Part shown: positions 39,382-47,950 of the stretch, one piece after another
Numbering within the stretch: position 1 is the stretch's first letter
How the letters are laid out: each line of letters starts with the position of its first letter
Source: Nanobdellota archaeon
GTDB taxonomy: Archaea > Nanobdellota > Nanobdellia > Woesearchaeales > GW2011-AR4
NCBI GenBank assembly: GCA_038046385.1
Contig: JBBSWH010000006.1
Coordinates: 129,009 to 193,008, forward strand
Length of the DNA: 64,000 nt
Direction: 5' to 3'
Notes under the pieces: generated by a model
Told to the model about the DNA's origin: nothing
The model's database searches: none
The model's input: the letters and a program-made list of their open reading frames with translations, nothing else
Position numbers and translations under genes: made by a program

Positions 39382-40698
39382 ATGGAAAATAATCATTTCA
39401 TAGAACTAATGATAATCCCGCTGCTTATTATAGGGGCATTGCTGTATACTGAAAATTTTGACAATGTAATCACCGGATTTGCCACACAAGCTCCTGTGCA
39501 GAATACTAATCCAATTCTTGGAACATATTCAGCAAAGCCGAGCTTTAAGGCGTCATTCGATTATGATGTTAAAGCGAAAATTTCTTCGATAAAGGGCACA
39601 ATGAATCTCATAGCAGACACGTGCAAAGATGACCCTGATATAGAAAATTGCATGAACTCAAGCTTTTCAGGCCTTAAATGGATTTGCAGCAATGACAATG
39701 CAGAAGATGTTTTGCACGATTTTACAGGCAAGATGAAAGACTGCTTAGCTCTTGAAGAAAATGTTATCTGCAAATTCGGATTTGATGATAGAAACCTTGA
39801 TGGGAGAACATTCAACATCAAGCTTTTAAAAGAAGACGGAATTGTAAAAGCGCAATTGCTTGCGAATGGAAAATCAATTGCAGCAGAATATCTTGGGATC
39901 GATAAAATCCAATATACTGATTTTGCTTCAAAGGAAAAGGGAACAGATGCAGACTCTGCCGACATAATCGTTTCTTATTCTGATGGAAAGCCGAATGTAG
40001 AGAAGATGTTTGCGATGGCATCCAATTCAAGAACAGAATTAAGCAAAAAAATAATCCTGTACAAGTCAAACGGAATAAAGTTCATAGACGAAACAGAAGA
40101 AAACTCATTTGGAGCCCCAATCAAGACAGTATTTTTGCCAAGATACAAAGGCATGAAATTATGCGTCGATGCAGGAAAACAAGTTTATGCTTATGATGCA
40201 TCAGACAATCAAGTTAAGAGGAGAGACTTGGTTTACAGGTTTGCAATCACGTTCACAACACCGCCTCCAGGGCCTTTGACCGGTGTGAGAAGCCTTTCCA
40301 TGCCTGACGGAACACAGATTGTAATATGGAGCAAAATGGAAGATGCTGCTTCGTACTCTATTTATTATTCAAAGTTAGATTTTATTGATTCAAAATTATC
40401 TTCAATAAGAAGCGACAAGGATGTTATTCATGTTTCTGTTGATGCCAACCAGCCTTATGAAGAATTTGATAATTTCCCAACAACCAAGTTTGAGAAAGGC
40501 AAGCTGTACTATCACACCTTACTTAACAAGTTCACTTATGTGATTGATGTTGAGGACAACACACCCTATTACGCTGCTGTTGCAGCTGCAAACGAGCAAG
40601 GTTCAGAGATATTCAACGACAATACCGTGCCAAACTCTTTTGTTTATGAAAAAGGGAAGAACTATGCTGAATTCACTTCCGGCACAGATTCACAATAG
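39382..40698 (+). CDS. Membrane-anchored extracellular protein with C-terminal FN3-like domain
   Basis: N-terminal TM helix + ITGFAT; PPPGP...IVIWS...YSIYYS...YYAAVAAANEQGSE. Confidence 0.65.
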   Translation: MENNHFIELMIIPLLIIGALLYTENFDNVITGFATQAPVQNTNPILGTYSAKPSFKASFDYDVKAKISSIKGTMNLIADTCKDDPDIENCMNSSFSGLKWICSNDNAEDVLHDFTGKMKDCLALEENVICKFGFDDRNLDGRTFNIKLLKEDGIVKAQLLANGKSIAAEYLGIDKIQYTDFASKEKGTDADSADIIVSYSDGKPNVEKMFAMASNSRTELSKKIILYKSNGIKFIDETEENSFGAPIKTVFLPRYKGMKLCVDAGKQVYAYDASDNQVKRRDLVYRFAITFTTPPPGPLTGVRSLSMPDGTQIVIWSKMEDAASYSIYYSKLDFIDSKLSSIRSDKDVIHVSVDANQPYEEFDNFPTTKFEKGKLYYHTLLNKFTYVIDVEDNTPYYAAVAAANEQGSEIFNDNTVPNSFVYEKGKNYAEFTSGTDSQ

Positions 40699-40726
40699 AA
40701 GTAATACATTCTTTTTTTTGAGTCCT

Positions 40727-40775
40727 TTTCCGTTGCTTCGCAACAATATTTAGGCTCGCCCGCATTGCTCGCCTA
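40727..40775. repeat. Diverged third member of the hairpin repeat family
   Basis: tttcc-gttgc-ttc-gcaac...tag-gctcgc-ccgcatt-gctcgc-cta; same architecture as the 60-bp repeat. Confidence 0.6.
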
Positions 40776-40843
40776 TTCATAATGACTTTAACCTTACTAT
40801 TAAAACAATAAACTATTTAAAACACACAAGTAAACCCAATTCT

Positions 40844-41836
40844 ATGATTAAAATTCCATACGAGGAGATTGTTCTCAAGATTAATGAAAAAACCCAGATG
40901 AGCGTTGCGGAGATAGAGGAGCGCATAGACAAAAAGATGAAGCAATTATCGGGTTTGATAAGCAAGGAAGGCGCTGCGCATATTGTTGCAAACGAATTGG
41001 GTGTTAAATTATTAGAACAGACATCCGGAAAACTTCAGATCAAAAACATCATGAAGGGAATGAGGGATGTTGAGACTGTTGGAAAAGTAATGCAGGTTTA
41101 TGAAATCAGAGAGTTCATGAAAGGGGATTCTGTTTCAAAAGTCGCTTCTGTTTTGATTGGAGACGAGACAGGCACAATAAGGATTGTGATGTGGGGCTCG
41201 CAGGCTGATAATGCTACGAAGCTTTCATCCGGAGATACTGTAAGGGTTGTTGGTGGATACATCAGGGAAAATAATTCACGCATGGAAATTCATATGAATG
41301 AAAAAAGTCAATTAACGATTAATCCAACTGGTGTTGTTGTTAAGGATGTTGTTGTAACATCAAAAATAGGGACGCGCAAAACGATAAAAGAACTTTCAGA
41401 AAATGACAATGATGTTGAATTATTGGGAACGGTTGTGCAGGCATTCGACATTAAGTTTTATGAAGTCTGCCCAAGGTGCAGCAAACGCGCAAGACCTTCT
41501 GCTGATCTTTATCAGTGCGCAGAGCACGGAAATGTAATTCCTGCTTATTCATATGTTTTTAATGTTGTACTTGATGACGGAACAGAAACTCTTCGCTGTG
41601 TATTTTTCAGAAATCAGGTTGAGAAATTAGTTGGAATGACACAGGAACAGTTATTGAAATTCCGACAGAATCCAGCAGACTTTGAAGCTGTGAAGCATGA
41701 TTTGCTGGGCAAGATAATCAAGGTTACAGGACGTGCAAACAAGAACGCAATGTTCAACAGAATAGAGTTCGTGGCTAATTCGGTTGACAACAATCCTTCT
41801 GCGGAAGAAGAGATAAAGAAGCTGCAAGCTAATTAG
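40844..41836 (+). CDS. Replication protein A large subunit-like (OB folds + Zn finger)
   Basis: GLISKEGAAHIVA, IGDETGTIRIVMW, CPRC...CAEH, LDDGT. Confidence 0.85.
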   Translation: MIKIPYEEIVLKINEKTQMSVAEIEERIDKKMKQLSGLISKEGAAHIVANELGVKLLEQTSGKLQIKNIMKGMRDVETVGKVMQVYEIREFMKGDSVSKVASVLIGDETGTIRIVMWGSQADNATKLSSGDTVRVVGGYIRENNSRMEIHMNEKSQLTINPTGVVVKDVVVTSKIGTRKTIKELSENDNDVELLGTVVQAFDIKFYEVCPRCSKRARPSADLYQCAEHGNVIPAYSYVFNVVLDDGTETLRCVFFRNQVEKLVGMTQEQLLKFRQNPADFEAVKHDLLGKIIKVTGRANKNAMFNRIEFVANSVDNNPSAEEEIKKLQAN

Positions 41837-41899
41837 TTATCCTTTCTAAGTAGTGAAATTAAGCATAGATTTATAAATCTAAATCTGTTATCAATATAC

Positions 41900-42733
41900 A
41901 TGGGAGATAAGCCAGACATTCATCAAGTTGTTTTGGAAGCAGTAAACAGCATAAGATTAGATGGTGAATCACTCAAATCACATGCTTTTGAATATAGTAC
42001 TTCATATTATGAAGGATTACCAAACCTACCGGAAAGAGAAAGAAGATCAAGGGGGTTTCAACTGGACACAGAAATGAGAATTTTCATCCTAAAGAATTTA
42101 TTTAAGTTTTTATTTGGAGAAAATCAAGCACCTGGGTCTTTAGTTGAGCTTGGAAGCGCCGGCGATATTTCTGCAGCTTTAGCGTTTCCAAATACCCGAG
42201 TATATCCTTTAGATATTGATTACGATATTTTTTCAAATGAAGTTAATCATCTTCCAGAAGAGGTTTTTGCGTTATTAGGCATACCAAAACTTGTGACTTA
42301 TTATGGACAAACAACACCAGATAACTTAAGATTAGTAGACAGATGCTTACAAAATTACAGAAGAGTGATTGGAAATGGAAACAATTTTCCATTCAGAGAC
42401 AATGAATTTGATGTAGGCTTAGTTCAAGGAAGTCCACACTTACTTAATGATTACTTCTCTGAGCTTGCCAGAGTAACAAAAAAAGGAGGATATATTATGA
42501 GTGTTGCTGAGGATTTTTTCAAGCCAGCAGATGCAGAATCTTTTTATTCCACAGGAAAATATGGCAACTGGCCAGAACACGGAAAAACAGGCACATCGGG
42601 ATATCCTCTAGTTGCAATCGAAATTCCAAAAAAATTCCGCGAACTGGAAAGACTTTGCGAATGGAAATCAGAAAGAGCAGAAGGTCAAAGATTGGCATCA
42701 GGATTTGTTTTTGAAGTTTTTAGAAAATTATAA
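41900..42733 (+). CDS. Putative class I SAM-dependent methyltransferase-like protein
   Basis: VELGSAG, FPFRDNEFDVG, ELARVTKKGG. Confidence 0.6.
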   Translation: MGDKPDIHQVVLEAVNSIRLDGESLKSHAFEYSTSYYEGLPNLPERERRSRGFQLDTEMRIFILKNLFKFLFGENQAPGSLVELGSAGDISAALAFPNTRVYPLDIDYDIFSNEVNHLPEEVFALLGIPKLVTYYGQTTPDNLRLVDRCLQNYRRVIGNGNNFPFRDNEFDVGLVQGSPHLLNDYFSELARVTKKGGYIMSVAEDFFKPADAESFYSTGKYGNWPEHGKTGTSGYPLVAIEIPKKFRELERLCEWKSERAEGQRLASGFVFEVFRKL

Positions 42734-42776
42734 TTGCAGCAGTAAGTTTATATTTCTAAAATAATTTATTTCTTAA

Positions 42777-42917
42777 ATGGCAGAAATCGACGCAGCCAAA
42801 TACGAAAAAGATACTATCAAAGAATACATAATTATAGGTGTAATATGTTTGCTAATCTTCTTAGCTTTGGTTATTTACGGCTTTAAGATGATTTTGGGGT
42901 ATAACGGACTATTATAA
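42777..42917 (+). CDS. 46-aa single-TM small protein (not in ORF track)
   Basis: MAEIDAAKYEKDTIKEYIIIGVICLLIFLALVIYGFKMILGYNGLL*; TTTATA about 30 nt upstream. Confidence 0.5.
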   Translation: MAEIDAAKYEKDTIKEYIIIGVICLLIFLALVIYGFKMILGYNGLL

Positions 42918-42982
42918 TAGTATTCTTTCTTTTCCATACTGAAAACAATTATTATATGAGTGATTTATGAGTAAACAGGGTA

Positions 42983-43021
42983 CCACTGGACACTGGACAT
43001 CCTCGCATGAACTATATAAAG
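42983..43021 (+). promoter_or_regulatory. Conserved promoter box (copy 3, upstream of the radA operon) with duplicated CACTGGA
   Basis: ccactgga-cactggacatcctcgcatgaactatataaag. Confidence 0.7.
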
Positions 43022-43171
43022 GAAAGCGTGCCTTATACTTCTTGAAATCATGAAAATGGTTTCGACCCAGTCTCTGGGAATGGTGGCAAATGGCGTAAAT
43101 CCGCCTAATAATCCATCATCCATAATCAAGGAGACTTTGAAATAAAAAGCGAAAGCAAGGGTATAGAAAAA

Positions 43172-43468
43172 ATGAATGAAACAAAAAACATGCCTGAGAA
43201 GAGATTCTCAACAGGCGCTGTGGCTGCTACAGTCTGGCAAAATGCCGGGAAAAGCAAAGAAGGAGATAATGTAAACTTCCGCACAATATCTGTGCAGAGA
43301 AGGTACAAAGACAAGAGCGGAACATGGCAGAGTGCTAATTCTTTCCGTGTCAACGATTTGCCAAAGGCATCTTTAGTGCTGCAAAAGGCATACGAGTACC
43401 TTGTAATAAGGGAAGCTCATGAATCTTCTGGCAATCTTGCGGAAGACCTCATAGAAGAAGTCATTTAG
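43172..43468 (+). CDS. Small conserved-looking hypothetical protein, possible ssDNA-binding (PC4/SpoVG-like) fold
   Basis: ATVWQN...RTISVQRRYKDKSGTWQSANSFRVNDLPK; directly upstream of radA. Confidence 0.6.
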   Translation: MNETKNMPEKRFSTGAVAATVWQNAGKSKEGDNVNFRTISVQRRYKDKSGTWQSANSFRVNDLPKASLVLQKAYEYLVIREAHESSGNLAEDLIEEVI

Positions 43469-43511
43469 ACTTCTTCTTAAAATGAATAAAAATATAAAAC
43501 AAAGGTGATTA

Positions 43512-44534
43512 ATGATGGAACAGGAATTAATGGAAGTAGAAGTTGAAACAAAAACAAAGAGAAAATTAAAGATGGAAAAAGAAGAAAAAACAGAAAAAGT
43601 TCAAAAGACAATCTATGATCTTCCGGGCGTAGGGGCAGCAACAGCTGAAAAGTTAATTGCGGTTGGATACACGGATTTGATGAGCATAGCAGTTGCGAGC
43701 TCAGGGTCTTTGATAGATGCAACTGGCATGAGCGATGCTGTTGCAAAGAAGCTTATTGCAGTTGCAAGATCTTCCTTGGAAATGGGATTTGAAACAGGAG
43801 AAGAACTTCTAAAGAGAAGGGAAAAAGTGCTAAGGCTAAAGACCGATAGCAATGCCCTAAACATGCTGTTAGGCGGCGGCTTCGAGACCGGAGCAATTAC
43901 AGAATGCTTTGGTGAATTTGGCTCGGGAAAAACACAAATAGGCCACGTATTGGCTGTTAAAGGACAGTCCATTGAAAAAGATGCAGTCGTTGTTTACATC
44001 GACACTGAAAATACATTCAGACCAGAAAGAATAATCCAGCTTGCAAAAGGGCAGGGATTGGATGAAACCGAAGTCCTAAAAAATATCAAGGTTGCAAGAG
44101 CATATAACTCGGACCACCAGATGCTTTTGGCTGAAAAGGTTGAAGACTTAATCAAGAAACAAAATATGAACGTGAAATTAATCGTAATAGATTCTTTGAC
44201 CGCTCATTTCAGGGCAGAGTTCATCGGACGTGGAACATTAGCAGACAGGCAGCAGAAACTGAACAAGCATCTGCATACATTAGCAAAATTGGCCGATATG
44301 TACAATTTGTGCGTTTATGTAACCAATCAGGTTATGGCAAAGCCGGACATGTTCTTCGGCGACCCAACACAGGCAATTGGCGGGCATATTGTTGCGCATG
44401 CATCAACATTCAGGATTTATCTGAGAAAAGGCAAGAAGGGAACAAGAGTTGCAAAATTAATAGACTCTCCTAACATGCCGGAAGCAGAGTGCGGATTCTA
44501 CGTTGATGAAGGCGGAGTAAAAGACATAGAGTAA
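43512..44534 (+). CDS. radA: DNA repair and recombination protein RadA
   Basis: N-terminal HhH (LPGVG), [38 protein letters not shown]. Confidence 0.98.
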   Translation: MMEQELMEVEVETKTKRKLKMEKEEKTEKVQKTIYDLPGVGAATAEKLIAVGYTDLMSIAVASSGSLIDATGMSDAVAKKLIAVARSSLEMGFETGEELLKRREKVLRLKTDSNALNMLLGGGFETGAITECFGEFGSGKTQIGHVLAVKGQSIEKDAVVVYIDTENTFRPERIIQLAKGQGLDETEVLKNIKVARAYNSDHQMLLAEKVEDLIKKQNMNVKLIVIDSLTAHFRAEFIGRGTLADRQQKLNKHLHTLAKLADMYNLCVYVTNQVMAKPDMFFGDPTQAIGGHIVAHASTFRIYLRKGKKGTRVAKLIDSPNMPEAECGFYVDEGGVKDIE

Positions 44535-44608
44535 GTGCGCCTTAAGCACATATTTTTTTCTTTTATTTTTTTAATTTTTAATAATTGGAAATATAAAGAA
44601 AAAATAAA

Positions 44609-44646
44609 GGCCGCACAAATCCGGCTAACAGGAGATTGATACCCTC
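44609..44646 (+). repeat. Degenerate copy of the 5' half of the adjacent tRNA
   Basis: ggccgcacaaatccggctaacaggagattgataccctc vs tRNA ggtcgcacaacctggcagtgcgggagattgataccctc; last 16 nt identical. Confidence 0.65.
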
Positions 44647-44693
44647 AATAAATACAAATGAAACACACTATATAAATTTTTCCTAATAGCAAT

Positions 44694-44809
44694 GCCGCGG
44701 TCGCACAACCTGGCAGTGCGGGAGATTGATACCCTCCTGTCCGCAAGGATGTCTGGGTTCAAATCCTACACAGAGGTTTGGCTGTTGGGTGAGAATCCCA
44801 GCCGCGGCG
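44694..44809 (+). tRNA. tRNA with Ser-type body, anticodon GAT and a 32-nt intron at 59/60 (44764-44795)
   Basis: Acceptor GCCGCGG/CCGCGGC + G73; D-stem GCAC/GTGC; anticodon arm GGAGA-TTGATAC-CCTCC; long variable arm GTCC-GCAA-GGAT; T-arm CTGGG-TTCAAAT-CCCAG after removing a BHB-bounded intron; TATA at 44669-44676. Confidence 0.85.
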
Positions 44810-44859
44810 CTTTCTCATTAAACAAAACCTTTTTAATGATACATCTGATAGTGTAACTT

Positions 44860-45501
44860 ATGGTTTATCCTGTGTGGAGAATAATTCTGTGGCCGTGGTA
44901 CAGGCTGTGGATAAGGAAAGTTGAAGGTTTGGAAAACATACCAAAAAACGAGCCGTTTATAATTACATTAAACCATTCAAGCTATTATGATATTGTTCTT
45001 GCATATGGAACAGTGGCATTAACCGCAAACAAAAAATTGCACTCACTCGTCAACAGCAGATACTGGGAAAATTCAGTTACAGCAACAATACTCAACCATG
45101 GGGAATGCATTCCTGTTTACGTTGATGAGGGCAAAAAATCAGAATCAAAGAATGAAGAGGCATTAAAGAAAGCACTAATTTATCTAAAAAAAGGAGAATT
45201 GGTAAAAATATTCCCTGAAGGAAGGATAAGCATTGACGGAAACTTGCAGAAAGGAAAAACTGGCGCTGCAAAGCTTGCAATTGAAGCCAATGTTCCGGTG
45301 CTCCCTATAGGACTGATAAACACAGATAAAGTACTTCCAAGAGGAAAATTCTTCCCAAGATTCAGAAGATGCGATATAAAAATAGGAAAACCACTGCATT
45401 TTAATTATGCAAAAAACCCAGACGAAAAAGTGATTGAAGCAACCACATCGAAAATAATGAAAGAGATTGCAAAATTAACAAATAAAACATACAACTACTA
45501 A
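44860..45501 (+). CDS. plsC: PlsC-family (lyso)phospholipid acyltransferase 1
   Basis: NHSSYYD (HX4D), FPEGR, KTGAAKLA, VPVLPIG. Confidence 0.9.
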   Translation: MVYPVWRIILWPWYRLWIRKVEGLENIPKNEPFIITLNHSSYYDIVLAYGTVALTANKKLHSLVNSRYWENSVTATILNHGECIPVYVDEGKKSESKNEEALKKALIYLKKGELVKIFPEGRISIDGNLQKGKTGAAKLAIEANVPVLPIGLINTDKVLPRGKFFPRFRRCDIKIGKPLHFNYAKNPDEKVIEATTSKIMKEIAKLTNKTYNY

Positions 45502-45502
45502 G

Positions 45503-46120
45503 ATGGCATATCCAATCGGAAAAAGGATTCTTGTACCAATATTTAATATGTGGGTGAAAGAAATAAGAGGAATAGAAAATCTTCCTAAGACAGCTTACAT
45601 AATAGCCGCAAACCACGCAAGCTATATGGACCACCCAATAATTGTTTGCAATGTTGTAAAGCACCAAAACAGAAAAGTTCATTTTCTCTCGAAGAAGGAG
45701 CACTTTGACAATCCGCTAAAGGCGATGTGGCACACTTATGCAGGCGCAATTCCCCTAGACAGGGAAAAAAAAGGAAAGAAAGCATTAAGATTGGCAATAA
45801 AAACACTTAAAGACGGGAAAATAATTGCAATACACCCTGAAGGAACAAGGTCACTGACAGGAAAACTTATTGGAGCAAAGACGGGAGTTGCGAGACTTGC
45901 ATTATTGTCAGGCGTTCCGGTTGTCCCGATAGGGCTAATCGGAACTTTTGAAATACTTCCAAAAGGAAAATATATACCTAAGATGAAAAAAGCAACAATG
46001 AACATAGGAAAGCCGATGCAGTTCAGCAATAAAAATATTAATAGGAAGAACTTAAGGGACATAACAACGAAAATAATGGAAGAGATAGCAAAACTATCGA
46101 ACCAGAAATACGAATACTAA
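45503..46120 (+). CDS. plsC: PlsC-family acyltransferase 2
   Basis: NHASYMD, AIPLDR, PEGTRS, KTGVARLA. Confidence 0.92.
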   Translation: MAYPIGKRILVPIFNMWVKEIRGIENLPKTAYIIAANHASYMDHPIIVCNVVKHQNRKVHFLSKKEHFDNPLKAMWHTYAGAIPLDREKKGKKALRLAIKTLKDGKIIAIHPEGTRSLTGKLIGAKTGVARLALLSGVPVVPIGLIGTFEILPKGKYIPKMKKATMNIGKPMQFSNKNINRKNLRDITTKIMEEIAKLSNQKYEY

Positions 46121-46121
46121 A

Positions 46122-47093
46122 ATGAAAATTGCAGTAATAGGGGCAGGATCGTGGGGAACAACTTTAGCAGTTATTCTCGGAGAAAAAGGATATGACACAA
46201 GGCTGTGGGCAAGAAGAGAAGAGCTTGCAAAAGAAATCAACGACAAAAAAGAAAACAAGGAATATCTCCCAAATGTAAAAATACCAAACAGCGTGATTGC
46301 AACAAGCTCATTAAAGGATGCAATTGAAAATACTGACATCATTTTTATTTCTGTTCCGAGCATTTATCTAAGGGACACATTAAAAAAAATAAAGCCGTTT
46401 TATAAATCCCAGATAGTTGTATCGACGACAAAAGGGTTTGAAGTATCTGGCAAAAGAATGTCGCAGATAATAGAAGAAGAACTTCAAACTGTAAAAGTTG
46501 CAGTGCTATCGGGACCAAATCATGCAGAAGAGGTTAGCATGAAGATGCCTACAGCAAGCATTGTTGCGTGCAAAAATCTCAAGACAGGAAAAATAATATG
46601 CGATGTTCTCCAGACTCAGTATTTTAAATTGTATGAGCTGGACGATGTTATAGGGACAGAGATATGCGCTGCGCTGAAAAATATTGCAGCGCTTGCAACA
46701 GGCGCATGCGACGGACTTGGATTTGGCGATAATTCAAAGGCAGCAATAATTACATTGAGTTTAATGGAAATGAACAATTTCGGAAGGCATTTTGGAGCAA
46801 AAAGGGGAACAGTTTACGGGCTTGCGGGAGTCGGTGATTTGGTTGCGACGTGCATGAGCAGGCATTCAAGAAACAGAAAAGTCGGAGAGCAATTGGCAAA
46901 AGGCAAGACAATGGAAGAAATAAAAAAAGAAATGAAAGGAATGGTTGCAGAAGGAATATCGGCGACAAAATCAGTCTATGAATACAGCAAAAAGCACAAT
47001 ATAGAGATGCCCTTGACGCAGCAGGCTTATGAAGTCATCTTCCAAAATAAAAATATGATGAAAGCTTTGAAAGATTTGTTGAGGATTGTTTAA
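46122..47093 (+). CDS. gpsA: NAD(P)H-dependent glycerol-3-phosphate dehydrogenase
   Basis: GAGSWGT, LSGPNHAEEV, ALKN, GLAGVGDLVATC.S.HSRN, AEG. Confidence 0.95.
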   Translation: MKIAVIGAGSWGTTLAVILGEKGYDTRLWARREELAKEINDKKENKEYLPNVKIPNSVIATSSLKDAIENTDIIFISVPSIYLRDTLKKIKPFYKSQIVVSTTKGFEVSGKRMSQIIEEELQTVKVAVLSGPNHAEEVSMKMPTASIVACKNLKTGKIICDVLQTQYFKLYELDDVIGTEICAALKNIAALATGACDGLGFGDNSKAAIITLSLMEMNNFGRHFGAKRGTVYGLAGVGDLVATCMSRHSRNRKVGEQLAKGKTMEEIKKEMKGMVAEGISATKSVYEYSKKHNIEMPLTQQAYEVIFQNKNMMKALKDLLRIV

Positions 47094-47094
47094 A

Positions 47095-47946
47095 ATGAAA
47101 ATAGGATTTATCGGATTGGGGCTGATGGGAAATCCAATGGCAAAAAATATTCTTAAGTCAAAATTTTATTTATCAGTTTACAACAGGACTTCTTCAAAAA
47201 CAACAGAACTGAAAAAACTCGGAGCAATTGTTTGCAAGACTCCAAAAGAAATTGCAGATAATTCAGATGTGATAATTACAATGGTTACCGGCCCAGATGA
47301 CGTCAAGAAAATTCTTTTTGGTAAAAACAGCGCTTCAAAATCTAAAAACAAGCCAATAGTAATTGATATGAGCACAATAGGGCCAAAAGCAGCAAAGGAA
47401 ATTGCTTTAAAATTAAAAAAACAAAAAATAGAATTTATTGATGCGCCTGTGACCGGAAGCACGCCTGCTGCAATTTCAGGAACACTTACAATTTTTGTCG
47501 GAGGAAACAAAAATATTTTTGATAAAATAAAGCCAGTGCTGGAAGCGATGGGAAAAAATATACATTATACAGGAAAAACAGGATCAGGCCAGGCAATAAA
47601 ACTCGTGAATAACATGATTGTTGCAATAGAGATGGTTGCTGTTGCAGAGGCAATGCTTTTGGCAGACGAACAAAAAATTTCAAGGAAAATGGCGTTTGAA
47701 GCGCTGGAAAACGCGCCAATAATGTCAAATTACATGAGAATGAAGATGAATAACATAGTCAATAATGACTTTTCAACTTTATTTTCTGCAAGAAACATGG
47801 AAAAAGACCTCAAGCTTGCGATAAAAGAAACAAAGAAAAAACTTCCTTTCCTTGAAAAAACAAAAAAATTATTTTCAAAAACAATAGAGAAAGGCCTCGG
47901 AGAAAAAGACCTTTCAATAATAATAAAGCATCCGGAAAAAAACTAA
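47095..47946 (+). CDS. Beta-hydroxyacid dehydrogenase (3-hydroxyisobutyrate/tartronate semialdehyde reductase family)
   Basis: FIGLGLMG.PMA, DMSTI, DAPVTG, GSGQAIKLVNN, KDL. Confidence 0.88.
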   Translation: MKIGFIGLGLMGNPMAKNILKSKFYLSVYNRTSSKTTELKKLGAIVCKTPKEIADNSDVIITMVTGPDDVKKILFGKNSASKSKNKPIVIDMSTIGPKAAKEIALKLKKQKIEFIDAPVTGSTPAAISGTLTIFVGGNKNIFDKIKPVLEAMGKNIHYTGKTGSGQAIKLVNNMIVAIEMVAVAEAMLLADEQKISRKMAFEALENAPIMSNYMRMKMNNIVNNDFSTLFSARNMEKDLKLAIKETKKKLPFLEKTKKLFSKTIEKGLGEKDLSIIIKHPEKN

Positions 47947-47950
47947 ATTA

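Noticed and set aside
18754-40775. Hairpin repeats as DGR cis-elements or CRISPR repeats
   Set aside because: No reverse transcriptase, no TR/VR pair with adenine-specific mismatches, and no regular spacing.
43512-44809. Genome-wide reassignment of ATC/ATT to Ser
   Set aside because: Conserved Ile positions use these codons (RadA YIDTE uses ATC; MCM HILLIGD uses ATT), so any effect of the odd tRNA would be partial.
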